Shown here: positions 1-13,530 of the stretch, one piece after another
How positions within the stretch are numbered: position 1 is the stretch's first letter
How the letters are laid out: each line of letters starts with the position of its first letter
From: Felis catus
Lineage: Eukaryota
Direction of reading: 5' to 3'
Length of the DNA stretch: 64,000 bases
Assembly: GCF_018350175.1 (NCBI RefSeq)
Contig: NC_058369.1
Span: 117,614,001-117,678,000, forward strand
The notes under the pieces: model-generated
The model's input: only the letters and a program-made list of their open reading frames with translations
Database searches by the model: none
Told to the model about the DNA's origin: nothing
Translations under genes and position numbers: made by a program

Positions 1-671
1 AACAGCCTGTGTAAACATTCAGCCAACCAGAACACTGGCCAGTGCAAAATTTGGTCAGCCATAAAACTGCCAGCCAAACACACACATGAGGGGTTTATAC
101 AGAAATCTTAATTTGGGGGAAATGATCAAAACTAAGACGCATGGCCCCAAAGGAGATAGGGAAGGGCTGACCTTTATTTTCATTAATCCCTCCCTTCCCC
201 TGATACAGACAGGGATGATATCACCACCAAGGTGAAATGCAGAAGAAACTGGGCCCGAAATGCAGGGTTGTAGAGGGAATAATCGGAAGCTCAACCCCCT
301 TAAGGAAAATCTAGGAGGAAAAAAAAAAAAAAGCTTCTGTTTTAAGGAGAAATTTTACCTTGTCTGAGTTGTTTGACAAAGGTCCTGTTTTGACATATCC
401 AGAATGGATTCCCCCCACCAGCGTGTTTTCTATTGGTGCAGGGAAAACTAATACGTATTCTAATTGTATAGAAATTAATGGAATTGATAGACAAAGGGGT
501 GTTTTGTGAGCTTTTTTTCCTACCCACAAATCTCATTGCTCTTGGCAAAAGACTTTAGACCCTTCACATAATGGAAAATTCAAAATGTCCAATGTAAAAA
601 TAAATAAATAAGAAGAAACTGACTTATTTAATTTTTTTTTTTTTTTTTTTTTTTGAGAATACCCATAGGGA

Positions 672-888
672 GGGGCACCTGGGTGGCTCAGTCAGTTGAG
701 CGTCCGACTTTGGCTCAGGTCATGATCTCACGGTTCATGGGTTCGAGCCCCGCATCAGGCTCTGTGCTGACTGCTTGCTCAGAGCCTGGAGCCTGCTTCG
801 GATTCTGTGTCTCCTTCTCTCTCTGCCCCTCCCCCACTTGTGCTCTGTCTCTCAAAAATAAATAAATGTAAAAAAATTTTTTTTTAAA
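672..888 (+). mobile_element. Felid CAN-SINE (SINEC_Fc-type)
   Basis: GGGGCACCTGGGTGGCTCAGTC head, GTTCGAGCCC B-box, CT-rich body, AATAAA and A-rich tail. Confidence 0.95.
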
Positions 889-899
889 AGAATACCCAT

Positions 900-1124
900 G
901 GGGCACCTGGGTGACTCAGTCAGTTAGGTTTCCGACTTCGGCTCAGGTCATGATCTCACGGTTCGTGAGTTTGAGCCCTGTGCCAGGCTCTGTGTTGACA
1001 GCTCACAGCCTGGAGCCTGCTTCAGATTTTGTGTCTCCCTCTCTCTCTGCTCCTCCCCTGCTCACACACTGTCTCTCTCTCAAAAATAAATAAAGATTAA
1101 AAAAAAATTTTTTTTTTAATTTAA
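900..1124 (+). mobile_element. Felid CAN-SINE, in tandem with the previous copy
   Basis: Same head, body and tail; flanked by AGAATACCC at 889 and 1125. Confidence 0.95.
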
Positions 1125-1639
1125 AGAATACCCTTGCAAGATGGCTAACATTTTTTCTGGCTTAGGGCAGTATTTCATAGCTCACTGTGGAGGCTACACT
1201 ACACCTAATTTTTAACAAAATTGAGTCTTTTTTTTAAATTCGCCTTTTTAGAAACTACACGGGTGGTAATGGCACTGATGGAATTACCTATAACAAAAGC
1301 ATTAGTCTGGTTCCTTCTCCTTAATGGCTCTTGGGTTACTGGTTATTACGGGGAACTGGCCTTCCCTGTAATTCCTTATAATTTTCACCTTTGTTCTAGC
1401 CTTGCTCCTTAATTTTGAATTTCTATTTTGCTTGGAAACAAGTATGGCCAGCCATTTTTTGATGCTCTCTAGGATTTTCTGCTGCTTCTTTGGTATATCT
1501 AATCACGCTCACAAGCGTTGACTTTTGCCTTTCATAAGAATCTCCGTGTTTCACTGTGGGTGGTTTCATGATAAAGAAATTAATAACTATACGTAATGTA
1601 AGCTCCAAATAGAATCAGAAACTATATAGACTTGGTGAG

Positions 1640-1815
1640 CATTTTTTTTTCCAGACACTGGGTGAAGCATTTTCCATTTCATTTAATTACTCACAAAACC
1701 CTATGAGTTGGGCAGGAGTATTACTCCTTTTTTATACAGATTGGGTCTAACTGCGATATAAAGAGTTTCAGTAATTTGCCCCAAGTCAGGCAGCCAGAGA
1801 ACAGCTGAGCTGGAA
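1640..1815 (-). mobile_element. MIR remnant
   Basis: ctcacaaaaccctatgag...agtaatttgccccaagtca resembles reversed MIR core. Confidence 0.65.
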
Positions 1816-3824
1816 TAGTGGCCCCGAACAGCCTAATGGAAGTCCCTGTCTACTTCCTACTTCCTACTTCCTCTCCCCAGTGTGACAGTGTTGTCTTGGT
1901 CATGAGGCAGCTCTGTCTCACCCCTGAGAGTCACTGCAAAGAGGCAGATGGGGTGCCCTCCACGATGCTTTCTTGTGGGCAGTAGGCGAGGCAGCCTGGT
2001 GCATTGAAGGAGCACCTGTCTCAGAGTTTGAAAGCCGTGATTCCTTTACAAGCTCAGGCACAGATTAATTGTACCTTGGAAAGGTTTACTCTCAATCTCT
2101 CAGTGTCTGTTTCCTCATCTGTGAAAAGGAGAGAAGCTTTTGTGAGATTTAAACAAAATAACATTTTTGTGATGCCGAACAGGTTATCAGCTCTTCCTTC
2201 CTTTCTCCCTCCCACTCTCATCTGCTTACATCATCTTGTGAGAGGCTTTTGTCATCATAACTCTACTAAACAATTTACAAAATTCCATTCCTGGATTGTC
2301 GCTGGGTGGAGTTTCCTATCTTAAGGAAAAAAGTTTCAACAGAAATGTTTTGTTACATTTTTGTTAAACTCATTGCTTCACTGAACTGCATGCGCTCTAA
2401 CTCTGAAAAGCAAGTTTGGTTTTCTATTCCAAGTGAGTTATCGGGAGGCAGTCCTGCCTTTACTCCAAAAACCAGCAAGATAATTTCTAACATTCAACAT
2501 TCAGGAATGTTCGTTTCAAAAGCATATGGTCCCTGCATGCGGGCAACTGTTTTGTCAACAGGTGACAGAAGATCAGAGATGTTAAAGAAGCCTCCTCTCT
2601 GACGGAACATTCACCAGCTCGCGGTTATTGGACCTTCTCCGTTACAATCTGCCTTCAACCAGTTCTTTCAGTGTTGGAATAAAGGCAAGTGAGGATAAAT
2701 TATGACGCAAAAGACTTCAGATAGTGACCCCAAACACTCTTCCAATTCTGTGAGCTATTTAACCTTAATCTACCTTGAAAACCACAATAGATTTCCATCT
2801 TCTTGGGATGACAGAAGCCAAGAGGACAGTCTAAATGACCTTTTGAGGCTTACTTGTCTCTTTCAAAACATTTCACTTTTCCCCACTTCATCCCGCCCTC
2901 CACCACCACCCACCCGATGAGCACTCGCATAGAGTAAAACCTTACGTGCTTCCAATGATAAATTAGTTGTCAATACACAGAGAAGTCGCTTTTTCCAAAG
3001 TCGCCCGGAGTAGAGGCACATCCTACTTCCTCTCAAAGGCCCCAGAGCTACCTGCGCATTGGCATATGCACAGAAAAACACGTTTGGTCACATATTTGAG
3101 CTGCGTTAATCTGTTGAAGGGAGGATAGATTCTTAAATGGAGCTTTAAATAACCCTCCCCTTTGAGATCACCAACGCTCCCAGCTGGGTCTTTGTGCGAG
3201 ATGAAATGATTTACAGAATCGGGCCTGGAAAAATTGGAGGGCAACTCCGAAAGGCAAGAGCACGTTGTGGTAGATCATTCATGCTGCCAGGGAAACTTTT
3301 GTAGTCTCCAAGCTACTACGAGACACGGCTCTCGATCCAGGGCAGAGGACTCATCAAAAAGGCAGGAGGTATGCTGGCTGCACAGAGGGCCGGGGGGCGG
3401 GGGGTGGTTGTTGGCAGGGCGTTTCCACCCCAAACGCAGACAGAGTCCTGGAAGGACACTCACATAAACAAAGCAGAGAGACAGCTTCAGCTCTGCAGCG
3501 AGGCTCCCCCTTTCCCAGATCAAAGCCCGCGCCAGGGAGACAGCTCCGAGGAACACAGTGTCCTTTCTGGAACATCCAGCTCCGGGGGAGAGACTTGAAC
3601 TGGAGCCACCACCTTGCCACCTGTAGCCAATGCCACTCTCCCGGGGTGGGGGGCCTGCCACTGCTCAAACAGCAGAAAATCAATGGAAAGATAGGACGAC
3701 ACGGGGAGAGGAGGTTCTACCTCAAGCTATCGAAAGCTCAGATCAGCTAGTTTGAGAAAAAATTGCATCCAGCCAACCCTAACAGTCCATGGAGTGTAAA
3801 AAGGGGATGAAAATCAGGACAGGG

Positions 3825-4210
3825 TCATGGTTAAGAACACAAATTCCAAAACCAAGTTGTTTGCTTTGGCGCTCCATTCTGCCACTTGCTAGATGTGCAA
3901 GCTTGACCACTGGACTCCTCTATGCCTTAGTTTCCTCACCTGCAAAATGGACCTAACAGCACCCACACGTAGGATTTAATGAGTGACGGGCCTCTAAGAA
4001 AGCTCTAAGATGGTCGCAATTATTATTTGAAGTCACACAGTCCTGGGTTTGAACTGGTTCGGTTCTGCTGCTTAGTAGTTTTGTGAACTTGGGGAAACAA
4101 CACACATCGGGGACAACTTACCCATCTATAAAATGGATTTTAATACCACCCTGGCCGTGTTGCCATGGGATTTGATTTTACATGGCACACAGTAAGCATT
4201 CAGAAAATGT
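3825..4210 (+). mobile_element. Two adjacent MIR remnants
   Basis: ctatgccttagtttcctcacctgcaaaatgg; gggtttgaac...gtgaacttggggaaac...catctataaaatgg...tggcacacagtaagcatt. Confidence 0.65.
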
Positions 4211-4789
4211 CACCTCTGATTATTGTAATCTGTCCTGTTTTCCAGCCCAGGCAGCCCACAGGATTCCTTAGACTGGAAGGATCACAGCCGGTAAACCTTA
4301 GAATCCTCTTGAACTCCCAAAGCTTTATCCATATGCAAAAGAGATACATCCCTGGGGATGACTGGGTCCTGGATGTTTAAGATACACAACTAATTTTATT
4401 TTAAGAGAGAAAAAGGAACCTGGAAGTGTTCCCAAATTTAACATCTGCAAGCAGAGGGGATGACGAAATGCATTAGTACTGAAGAATAACGTTCTCCCAT
4501 CTTCTCGGAAAACATCTGGGGTATCACCCTCCCCTCCACTCATCCCCCCACCTCCCACCACAAAGCTGGTTCTTGGCTGACAGTTTATCAGAGATAAATG
4601 GAAACACCTGGGATCCAGATAAGGCCAACTGAGTGTGATCAGCTGAGGAGCCCTTGGGGACATATGCCACTCAGTATTTCTTTTTCCACCCCAGGCAGGT
4701 TGGGGACGTGATCTAGCCTGTGACTGAAGGCGAGGCTCCCTTTCACATTCATTCTTTCCTTCATTCATTCCAAACAACCTCCAGAGGTC

Positions 4790-5240
4790 AGAGGTCAGCC
4801 AGTTCAGCTTCCTGCCTGAGGTAGGTCAACCCTGAAACCACCAGGTAAGTTAGATGCTTATTGATCCTGCTTTGAACCATTTCTGCAAAAAGACACTGAG
4901 GGGCCAACTCTCCATTTTGTTCCAATCCGATCACCTTTTCCTTTGTTAAACCAAGCCCTCTCTGGCTACAGAGATGTACGGCCTAATGTAATCTTTCATG
5001 CCCTCTGGTCATTCAAACAAATATTTTTGTTGCCATCTCTACCTTCCTGAACTTAAAAAACTTTAAATCTGCCTTGTTTCCCCTGTCTCTACATCGGGCT
5101 AGACTAAACAGTCCTGTCTCCTTTAACCTTTCTTCAGAGGTCCTACTTGCCTTCCCTTTAATTAGCTTATTCCTTTTCTCTCAACTCATTCCAGCTTCTA
5201 CACATCATTTAGAGGCTGAAACCTGACACAGACCTCTAAT
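4790..5240 (-). mobile_element. CR1/L3-like LINE remnant
   Basis: agactaaacagtcctgtctcctttaacctttcttcagagg...ccagcttctacacatc...cctgacacag resembles the reverse of CR1 RT 3' sequence. Confidence 0.5.
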
Positions 5241-5429
5241 ACTTGACAACAGACCCAGCCGCTGTTAAAGTGAGAGGGTTTCAGTGTGTGCTTTAGCACA
5301 GCCACTATCTGGAAGTATGATCCCTAAGCAAGTTGCATAATGTTTCTGGGCCTCAGTTACTTTAATTGTGAGGTTGTTCCAATCATAAAGAACAGGGATT
5401 GTGAACATGGCACTGGGGAGACAAACCAG

Positions 5430-6420
5430 CAGCCAATAGAGACTTTCTAAAAGAGCTGAATTCGGAAAGACACATAGGGGTGTACTGGGTAAAAAAGGAA
5501 AAGAGAAGAAAGCAATCCTACCAGAGGCAACTACCTGTGCAAAAGTCCTGGGGCCCAAACTCCTATGAACTAGTATGACTGGATCCTAGAGAACAGGGAA
5601 GGGGGTCATGAAATGAGGAAATTAAGGTGAAGGAGGCAGACACCAGGGCCTTGTTAGCCATGATAAGGATTTTAGTCTATCCTAAAGGCACCGGGGAGAT
5701 GATACACTTATAAACGGCACATTTGGTACAATTTTGAAAAACAGTGGCTATGGAATGGATTGAACACAGAGAAGACATGGTGTGAATAGAAGATTTTGGA
5801 AGTAATCTAGGACTGGAAGTGTGAGAAATTGGACCATGGTGGCAACGTGAAGATGAAGAGGCATGGACAGATTTGGAAATGAGAATCAACAATCTTTACT
5901 GACGCAGTGGATATGGCAATGAGGGAGAAAGAGGTGTCGGGGATGGCTGCCAATGTCTGCTTGCTCATCTTTGGATGGCGGTGCTGTTTACTGAGAGCAG
6001 GAATGCTGGGGGAGGTGAGGGTTTGAGGGAAAAGGTATGAGTTCAGTTTTTGGCCACGTGGAGTTTGAAGTGCTGTGAGATGGCCAAGTCAAGATGTTGA
6101 ATAGGCAAATGGATTTATGGCTGGGAGCTCTGGGGAGAGCCTAGGCTGGATATATAGATTTAAGAGTCATCAGCATATAGATAATAATTAAAACCATAAG
6201 CATGGACAAGCTCACAGACGGAGGCTGTAGGATGGGAAGAACAGGACACTGGAGCAAGCCTTGAACTTTTCCAATATTTAACAGTCAGTAAAATGGAAGA
6301 TGAGCCAGGAAAAAGACGGAGGAGAATCCCCAGAGGTAGGAGAAAATCAGGAGAGTGTTAGCTCATGGAACCCAAAAGAAGAGGGTGTTTTGAGAAGAAG
6401 GGAATGTCGACAGCAAGGCT
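5430..6420 (-). mobile_element. LINE-2 fragment
   Basis: Purine-rich L2-antisense motifs: gagttcagtttttggccacgtggagtttgaagtg, tttaagagtcatcagcatatag, ggagaaaatcaggagagtg. Confidence 0.8.
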
Positions 6421-7379
6421 GTTACATTTCCTTGTCTTTAATGACCTAATCCAGGTGACATTCTCATCAAACTTCCATGTATGTGTGCGGTGCTGGGTTT
6501 TTCCAACTTGGAACTTTGCCATTTTTCCTACGCACACTGTGGCTTGTTGTTGGGTGCTGTGACCACACTTTCTATCCCATGGGACTAGTATAGAACACTG
6601 GTTACATCTCATTTATCCCAAAGCTTCTGCTATCCAGAATTAAGGAGGAAAAAAACACCTGAAAAACTTAATGATTATTACTCAACTCTATCCACTAATA
6701 TTTGTGCATTTACAAAGAGGAGCCCTTACTTAGCTTTCACTTAGAACTTTTATTTTCTAAATTCTCAAGAAGTTGATATTTGGTTTCTCGGACCACAGTG
6801 AAATGGAAAGAACCTCGTGGAGAGGAGCTAGGGTGGAGGAAGACAGGAAGATCACAGAGGCACGCAAAAGTCATTACGGTACAGTCAGCCCTCCTTAGGA
6901 AGTAGATTAAAGTGTACACAGGCAAGCAAAAGAACAAAACATTACAGCAATCTGAGTTCCTGTCGTGAGGCATAAATACACCCTACTCCTCAGTAATCCT
7001 TGGAGAAACATCACACTATAATGCCTGATAATTACAGAGTAATTACATAAATTTTAAATAAACGTTTGCTACATCAAAATAGAAATTAAAAAGAAACCCT
7101 ATCGTGTGCTGTTCCATATTCTTCTGTCCCTTGTATTTGCTACAAACTGGTAGTTAGAGCTGAAGGATCAATGGGATTCCAGTTGAAGTTTTTGGCAAGC
7201 ATTCATCACAAGAGGTGATGGGAACCTCAGGTTATTGTGAGATGCTAGGATTGGTCTGTTAGGATTGATCTGATGTCAACCTGGACATCTATTTCAAAGT
7301 TCCTGCTGGCCTCTCACCTGATGGTTTTACAACCATTGATTCTCATGGCCTGGATTTGTTATTTCATTAGGAGTCGAAA

Positions 7380-7880
7380 AATCCAGAATGCGGCAAGCTC
7401 TACAGCACCAATCACCTAGTGTCTTCAACAAATTGCAAAGAGAAAAAGGGGTGAGGGGGAGCCACAGATTAAAAGAGACACAACAACCAAATGTGGTGTA
7501 AAGGCTTTGTCCTGCTTATTAGTAAATAAATGTTTATGAGTCAACTGGGGACATTTTAACACTGACCAGAAATGTGATCCTATTAAGGGATTGTTACTTT
7601 CAGGCATGGAAACGACGTTGTAATGACATATTTTAAAAAGCTGCTGTTAATCGAGATAGGACTGGAGTATCTATGGATGCAATGATACGATGTCTGGTAT
7701 TTGCTTCAGAATAATCCAGGGGATGGGGCAAGGGGCCATGGATGTGCACGCAGCGGGCCTGTGGAGGGATGAACCCATCAGCCCTCGCGGCGGAAGCTGG
7801 ATGATGGGAGCCTGCGGGCTCATGTGCCCTGCTCTCTACTTTCTATCAATGCTTGAAACGTTCCTTTTAAAAAACTTAAA
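7380..7880 (+). mobile_element. Old L1 3' end (L1MC4/L1MC5-like)
   Basis: gatgtctggtatttgcttcagaataatccag; actttctatcaatgcttgaaacgttcc typical of L1MC 3' UTR. Confidence 0.7.
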
Positions 7881-8134
7881 CGTAGGGGGAGAAAAGTCAT
7901 TTCTTTCACACCTTGTTATTTTGGAAGAAACTATTTCTAAAAAGCCTTCTCCCGCAAGGCAGAGGAAACAGATAATTTGGCGCGTCTGAAGAGGCGTGCC
8001 TGGAATAATGGAGGTGTGACTACTGTTATCTCCTTACTGAAACACCAAAGTGAAGCCAGCAGCAGGGAAGAAATCACTCCACACCCCACACCATGGCAGC
8101 TTACAAAGCTTCACTGTTTCAGTCAGACACTATT

Positions 8135-8325
8135 TCTTTTTTTTTTTTTTATTTTGAGAGAGAGAGTGAGGGGGCAGAGCAAGAGGGAGAGAGAGAGAAT
8201 CCCAAGCAGGTTCCGTGCTGTCAGCACACAGCCCAACCTGGGGCTCAATCCCACAAACCATGAGATAGTCACCTGAGCTGAAATCAAGAGTCGGTCACTC
8301 AGCCCACTTAGCCCCCAGGCACCCC
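8135..8325 (-). mobile_element. Older carnivore SINE (SINEC_Fc2-like)
   Basis: Poly-T, gagaatcccaagcagg, ends caggcacccc; degenerate TSD cagacactatttct / cagaaacgattcct. Confidence 0.9.
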
Positions 8326-9389
8326 AGAAACGATTCCTACTTGGAGACATTTCCAGACTTCAGTTCAGGCTGCAAAACTCTGTGACCCTCAGCAGGCTGA
8401 CTCAGTACTGTGGCTGAAGGGGGATGCTCTGAGCCTCTGTGTCCCATGTTTCAAGTCCGATTCTCTTACCTTTCTCCCTCCTCTGCTCCCTGTTCATCTG
8501 CCCCAGAGAAGTCACCATTTGTTGGCTAACTCGGTGGTGGCAATGAGTAGCAGGGGAAGCTGGTGGCTGGGGGGTGATGGGTTCAGAGACTACCCAGGAT
8601 CCATGTAAGTGTTTTACACCCCCTTACGTGGATTTTCACCTATCCTGTTCCCTGAGTTCAAGAAGCCCACCACCCACTAAAATCCTACTCATCTTTTAAG
8701 AACCATTTTAAACGTCATCAGACTCTCAGATCTTTTTTCCAGCGTGCTCATCAAAGCTAAGGGACCCTTCCTCTAATCCCCCCGGCTTTTTGCTTGTAGA
8801 CCTTATACAATGTGTTTAGATATCCAGAGCTCTGACCACATGGTTAACCTCTGACGGCTGGAATGTGTCTCCTCCATTTGTATATCCGTCCCTAAGTCAC
8901 GCCCTGTCCCCAGCCGTTGTCTCCCATGCAGTGGCCCCAGCACAGATGAGCTCACCCGTGGCCTCGCAAGCCTCCTCCACCACCTATCTCTAATTTTCCA
9001 TCCCCTCTGCCTCCATCCCGCTACCCCTCCTTTTCCTTACTGCCCCTTCCTACACTGCCTCTCTCTTCCCCCAGGTTGAGAAGCGAAAGCATCAGAGAAG
9101 AGGAGGATTGATTTCACACCAGGGCCTCAGGCTGTATGGGTGGATTCCCTGCACCAGACCGTTTGTCTGGCAACTGCAGAACTGGAGAAGAAATCTCGGC
9201 CCTACCCAGGAGTCTCGGAGCTCCCACCGCCTCATGCGCCCATCCCAGCTTTCTGGATCGACAGTCCCCTCTTTCAGTCAATAGGAGCTTTGTGAGCTAA
9301 ACAACAGATGCCACAGGGCCTAGAAGGCAAATAAATATGGTTATTCAACGTTCTATCACACTGTGTATAATTCAGGAAATTCAATTATG

Positions 9390-9403
9390 GTTTCCCCGGC
9401 AAC
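9390..9403. promoter_or_regulatory. Candidate RFX X-box
   Basis: GTTTCC-CC-GGCAAC approximates GTNRCC(N0-3)RGYAAC; lies in non-repeat sequence. Confidence 0.3.
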
Positions 9404-9859
9404 GGTAACACAACTTCAGGCCGGGTGCACAGGCCTTGTTTTCTGGTGCACAAGGGGTTGACCCTGACCCCTTCACACGTCGGAGACAATGCAATCTGGC
9501 AGACTTACAATTGCTATTGGAAACCTAACTGGGTCCTCCTAATGCCAGCGCTTACAAATTTAAAGCTGTTTTTCAGCAGTTGGTTATAAAGACTTAAAAA
9601 AAAAAAAAAAGCACTAACATAATCTCAGACACATTTAAGTGTGGAACGATTAAGCAACAGGGGCACAACTCCAGAATCTGGATAGATCTGAGGCATGAAA
9701 AGGCAGAGCAAGACTTTCTTAGAATGAGAATTGTCAGGATCGGACCTGCCTACTGTCCAGAGCACGGGTTATAGCCTGAGATCTACGGTGTCCCTAAAGA
9801 GAGACCAGTGCCATTGTGGTTGGGAGCGGGATTCTGGTGCCAACTTGGTTGACCAGTCT

Positions 9860-9960
9860 TCTGAGTAGCTTTATGACCTTAGGCAAGGTATCTACCTTTT
9901 CTGTGCCTCAGTTTCCCCATCCATGCAGTGGGGATGATGACATTGGTGACTATAGGGTTA
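9860..9960 (+). mobile_element. MIR remnant
   Basis: tgaccttaggcaag...ctgtgcctcagtttccccatc. Confidence 0.7.
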
Positions 9961-12689
9961 TTCAGTTAGTTTGGCTTTGGAGCAGAGAGTATTATTGGAC
10001 CTCTTGGCAGGATTTACTAATGACAGCACTTAGCTATTTTTCACGACCCCACTTGTAATTCTGTGCCTGAGCCAAGATCAGAATTGGGACATGTTACATA
10101 TGTACTACCTTGAGTTGGTTCTTTTTTATTTTCCTAGCAAACCGTATTTCTTTTTCCACTCCTCACTCCTCCATGAACTTTAATTAAGCCCTCTCCCATC
10201 TAGAGAGCAAGACAAGGGTTCAGTTTTGTTTTTGAAAAGACTCACAAGCTTGTATGGCAGCAGGTTTTTCCACAGTTTGACAGTTTCAGTTCAGCTCGGT
10301 GCCGCTGATTTATAAGACACTGAGCTCATTGGCTTTATCCTCTGTTCTCCCCCAGCCATTTCTCAATCGAGCCGCACTGGCTGGAAACATCTGAGAAAGA
10401 AATTTACTGAGAGATGCACAAACAGCCTATTCACATTTCATAATTTTCAGGAGCCTTCCCCAGAGGACTCAGTGGTAGCCTGTTAACACATGTGCAACCC
10501 CTGGCCAGTGTCCTTGCACCCCGTCACCCCACTCACTGGTGCAGACAGTCCCCGGGTCCCCTCCAAACTCGGCTTCTTTGACTCTAATGCTAAGTGTTGG
10601 AGCTAACACAGCACATGCTGTTCTCAAATCTTGCCCAGCCTTGCCTGTGACAGCAGGATTAGACAGGGAAATATGGACGGAAGGCACCCAATGGATTTAG
10701 TGATTTAATTGTCTGAGCACTTAAAAATTCAGGATTAATGCCCCTTTAAGTGTGGCTGCTTCTTTCTCATTAACAGGAAGCTGTTTAAAATAATTCACTT
10801 GAATAAAGACCTAATGGGGGCTCAGAAGAATGTCTTTGCATGACTCATCTACCTCCTTTCTTCTCTCTAGCCAGCCCCTCTCCCCTGACCAATTTGGTCT
10901 TCTCACAGAAAACCTCTAATCTGAAATTGGTGTTTCCCACTAAGCTCTCCATTTGTGCTTGAAGTAATTTGCAGTGGCCACGTTCTGCATCTTGTTCTCA
11001 GACGTGTCTTGGTCAATTAGTGCAATGTCACAGCCATGTGTAGTTATTCTAACTCCAGCTGTGAGCTGTTAATAATAAACTTACCCACAGGACAATCATG
11101 CCATATGGTTGATGGTCAATCAAGACTAAAATATGCATTAGGAAAAAAAAATGCTCCTGTCAACAGTGAGGGGGTGTAGGTCATTGGTTAAGGATGCTGG
11201 CTTGCAAGAACCAAGTTTGGGTTAATAGTGTATCACCGGCACCCTTACCTTGCTCCTACTCTATGATATTTGTCCTGAGACACAAAGGCATGGTAACTAA
11301 AATGACACAGCTGGAATCAGAAGACAAGTAGACAAAACATGGTGAGATGTATAATATAGGTTGGGGAATAGGGATTTGTTGAAAAGAAACATAGCTCAGA
11401 TTCTTTACTAGGAAAAGGAGACAGATCTGCATTTCGGTCATGGGAAATGATTTGTATGCTACAAGACAAATTCTATTTAATGGGGGTTTGGAGGCAAATA
11501 AAAACAAACTGATTTGTGGCAAACGGGTGAAGGAGGAACAATAACCCACTTGGGTGATTCCAATTAACTTCCTGCACAGGACTGAAGGGCTTTAGGTTAT
11601 TTGGGTTTGGTTTTGAATTTGGGGTTTGGGGCAGAGTGTGGGGAGGGGAGATGTTGGAGGCTCTTGGCAAATAGCTTAACCTTGACCTGTGCTCCTAGTC
11701 ATAGCTACCCCAGTAGAAAAGCAAATGGCAATGCCAGTAAAGTATCTATTTGTTTTGATGGCAAAACCAATACTTAGGCATCTCTATGTCAGTTTCACCA
11801 GAAACGACGAAGGACCAGGGTAGAATGGTGTCCCATAAGCAAAAAGCCATGCCAATTGCTTTATTCAATTGAGCTGAGTTTTAGTCTGTGGGCTTGTTTA
11901 CATAACCAGTTCTTAATACAACATCTACCATGAATATCTTAATAATACACCAGGGGCCAGACCCAATCTCTACACCATAGCAGTTTTGAGTTAACATGTT
12001 TAAACTGGAAACCCAGGTTAAATCAGGTCAAAGTGTCCTTTGAATTTAAACACTCCCCCACCACCTCCTAAGAAAGAGTCTCCTCCCCACCACCTTACTT
12101 TCTTTTTTTTTTTTTTTTTTTTTTACTCCTGGTCAAGAAGTGAAATAATTCCATTCCTGTGAGGCTCCTTTTCTATAAAAAGGAGGAAGTATTTTTCCAC
12201 ACTAAGAAGACTTCCAATTGTCATTCAAAGGGTAGTCCTCCAAAGGGATCCTTAGCCTTGAGTAATGGAGGGAAGAGAATAAAAGAACGCTAGCTGCAAA
12301 CTCTCATATACCCCCCATCCAAGATGGTTGTTCCCTTAGTCTTTCAAAAATAGTTTGGATGCCCAAGAAGAGTGCCTTCATGCAGCCCCAGCAAAAATGG
12401 TGTTTAGAGATTAGCTGGACCAGGATTCCACAAACACAGGGGTTGTTGTTATGTAACCTCACCCATTTAGTATCAAAAGGAATGCAGTTTGAAAACCCTG
12501 CCCCTGGCCCCTGTTCGTGTCAAAGGGGTTAAGTACCACACCGCCCCGCCCCCCCCACACACACACATTCTAGTTTAGAGACATGACATGGACACACACA
12601 GCAGAGAATCCAGAGGAGAAATCAGTTCTGCATTTGGAGGTGATGAGAACAATGATAAGGAAGAGGAGGAAACGGAGAGCATCATCTTT

Positions 12690-12840
12690 TACTGAGGTGT
12701 CAGGAAGTATTCTGGGCACTTTACATAGATCTGCGCAGCAATCTGCAATGTTGATAGACCCATTTTAGAGATGGGAAAACTGAACTCCACGAAGTAACTT
12801 GCTTAAGTAAGGCAGTGGAGCTAGGATTCAAACCACATCC
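12690..12840 (-). mobile_element. MIR remnant
   Basis: cccattttagagatgggaaaactga...gtaacttgc...ggagctaggattcaaacc. Confidence 0.7.
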
Positions 12841-13314
12841 CCCTGACTGTTCTTTTCTGTGTTGAGGGGATGCTTCATTGAAGAGGCAGGATGTGAAGGA
12901 GACTAGAAGGGTGAGTAAGGTTCAGATTGGCAGACCTGAGGGTCTAACCTATTCTAAATAGGATAAAGAGATGGGAATAAAGGAACAGATGCTGGAATGG
13001 GTATGTCATAGTAGAGATGTTCAGAGTTGAAACAGAGGGGCCTTGGAGGTTTACAGGGTTTACACAGGGCAGGAACAGCTGGAAAGTGATTTGACCCAAA
13101 GATTGCCAAACGCAATCACTTTTAGGAATACATCTTGCAAAGGCTTGACATTTGAGGTCAAATCCATGTGAAAGGAGTGTACCACAGTAAAAATGTTACT
13201 GTTATGGCAGCTTTATTCAGAGTAGCCAAAACTTGCAAGCAACCGAGGTAAATGGGTAAACTGGGGTACATCCAGACAATGGAATATCATTCAACACTAA
13301 AAAGAAATGAGCTC

Positions 13315-13530
13315 TTTTTTTTTTTTACATTTATTTATTTTTGAGAGACAGAGAGAGACAGAGCACAAGTGGGGGAGGGGCAGAAAGAGAGGGAGACCCA
13401 GAATCCGAAGCAGGCTCCAGGCTCTGAGTTGTCAGCACAGAGCCCGATGTGGGGCTCAAACCCACAAACCGCGAGATCATGACTTGAGCCGAAGTCGAAC
13501 ACTCAACTGACTGAGCCACCCAGGTGCCCC
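13315..13530 (-). mobile_element. Felid CAN-SINE
   Basis: Reverse-strand SINE; TSD aaaagaaatgagctctt (13300-13316) / aagagagatgagctctt (13531-13547). Confidence 0.95.

Noticed and set aside
653-1093. Recurrent small ORFs (WVAQSV...AQVMISRF) across the window as a gene family
   Set aside because: They are translations of SINE sequence.
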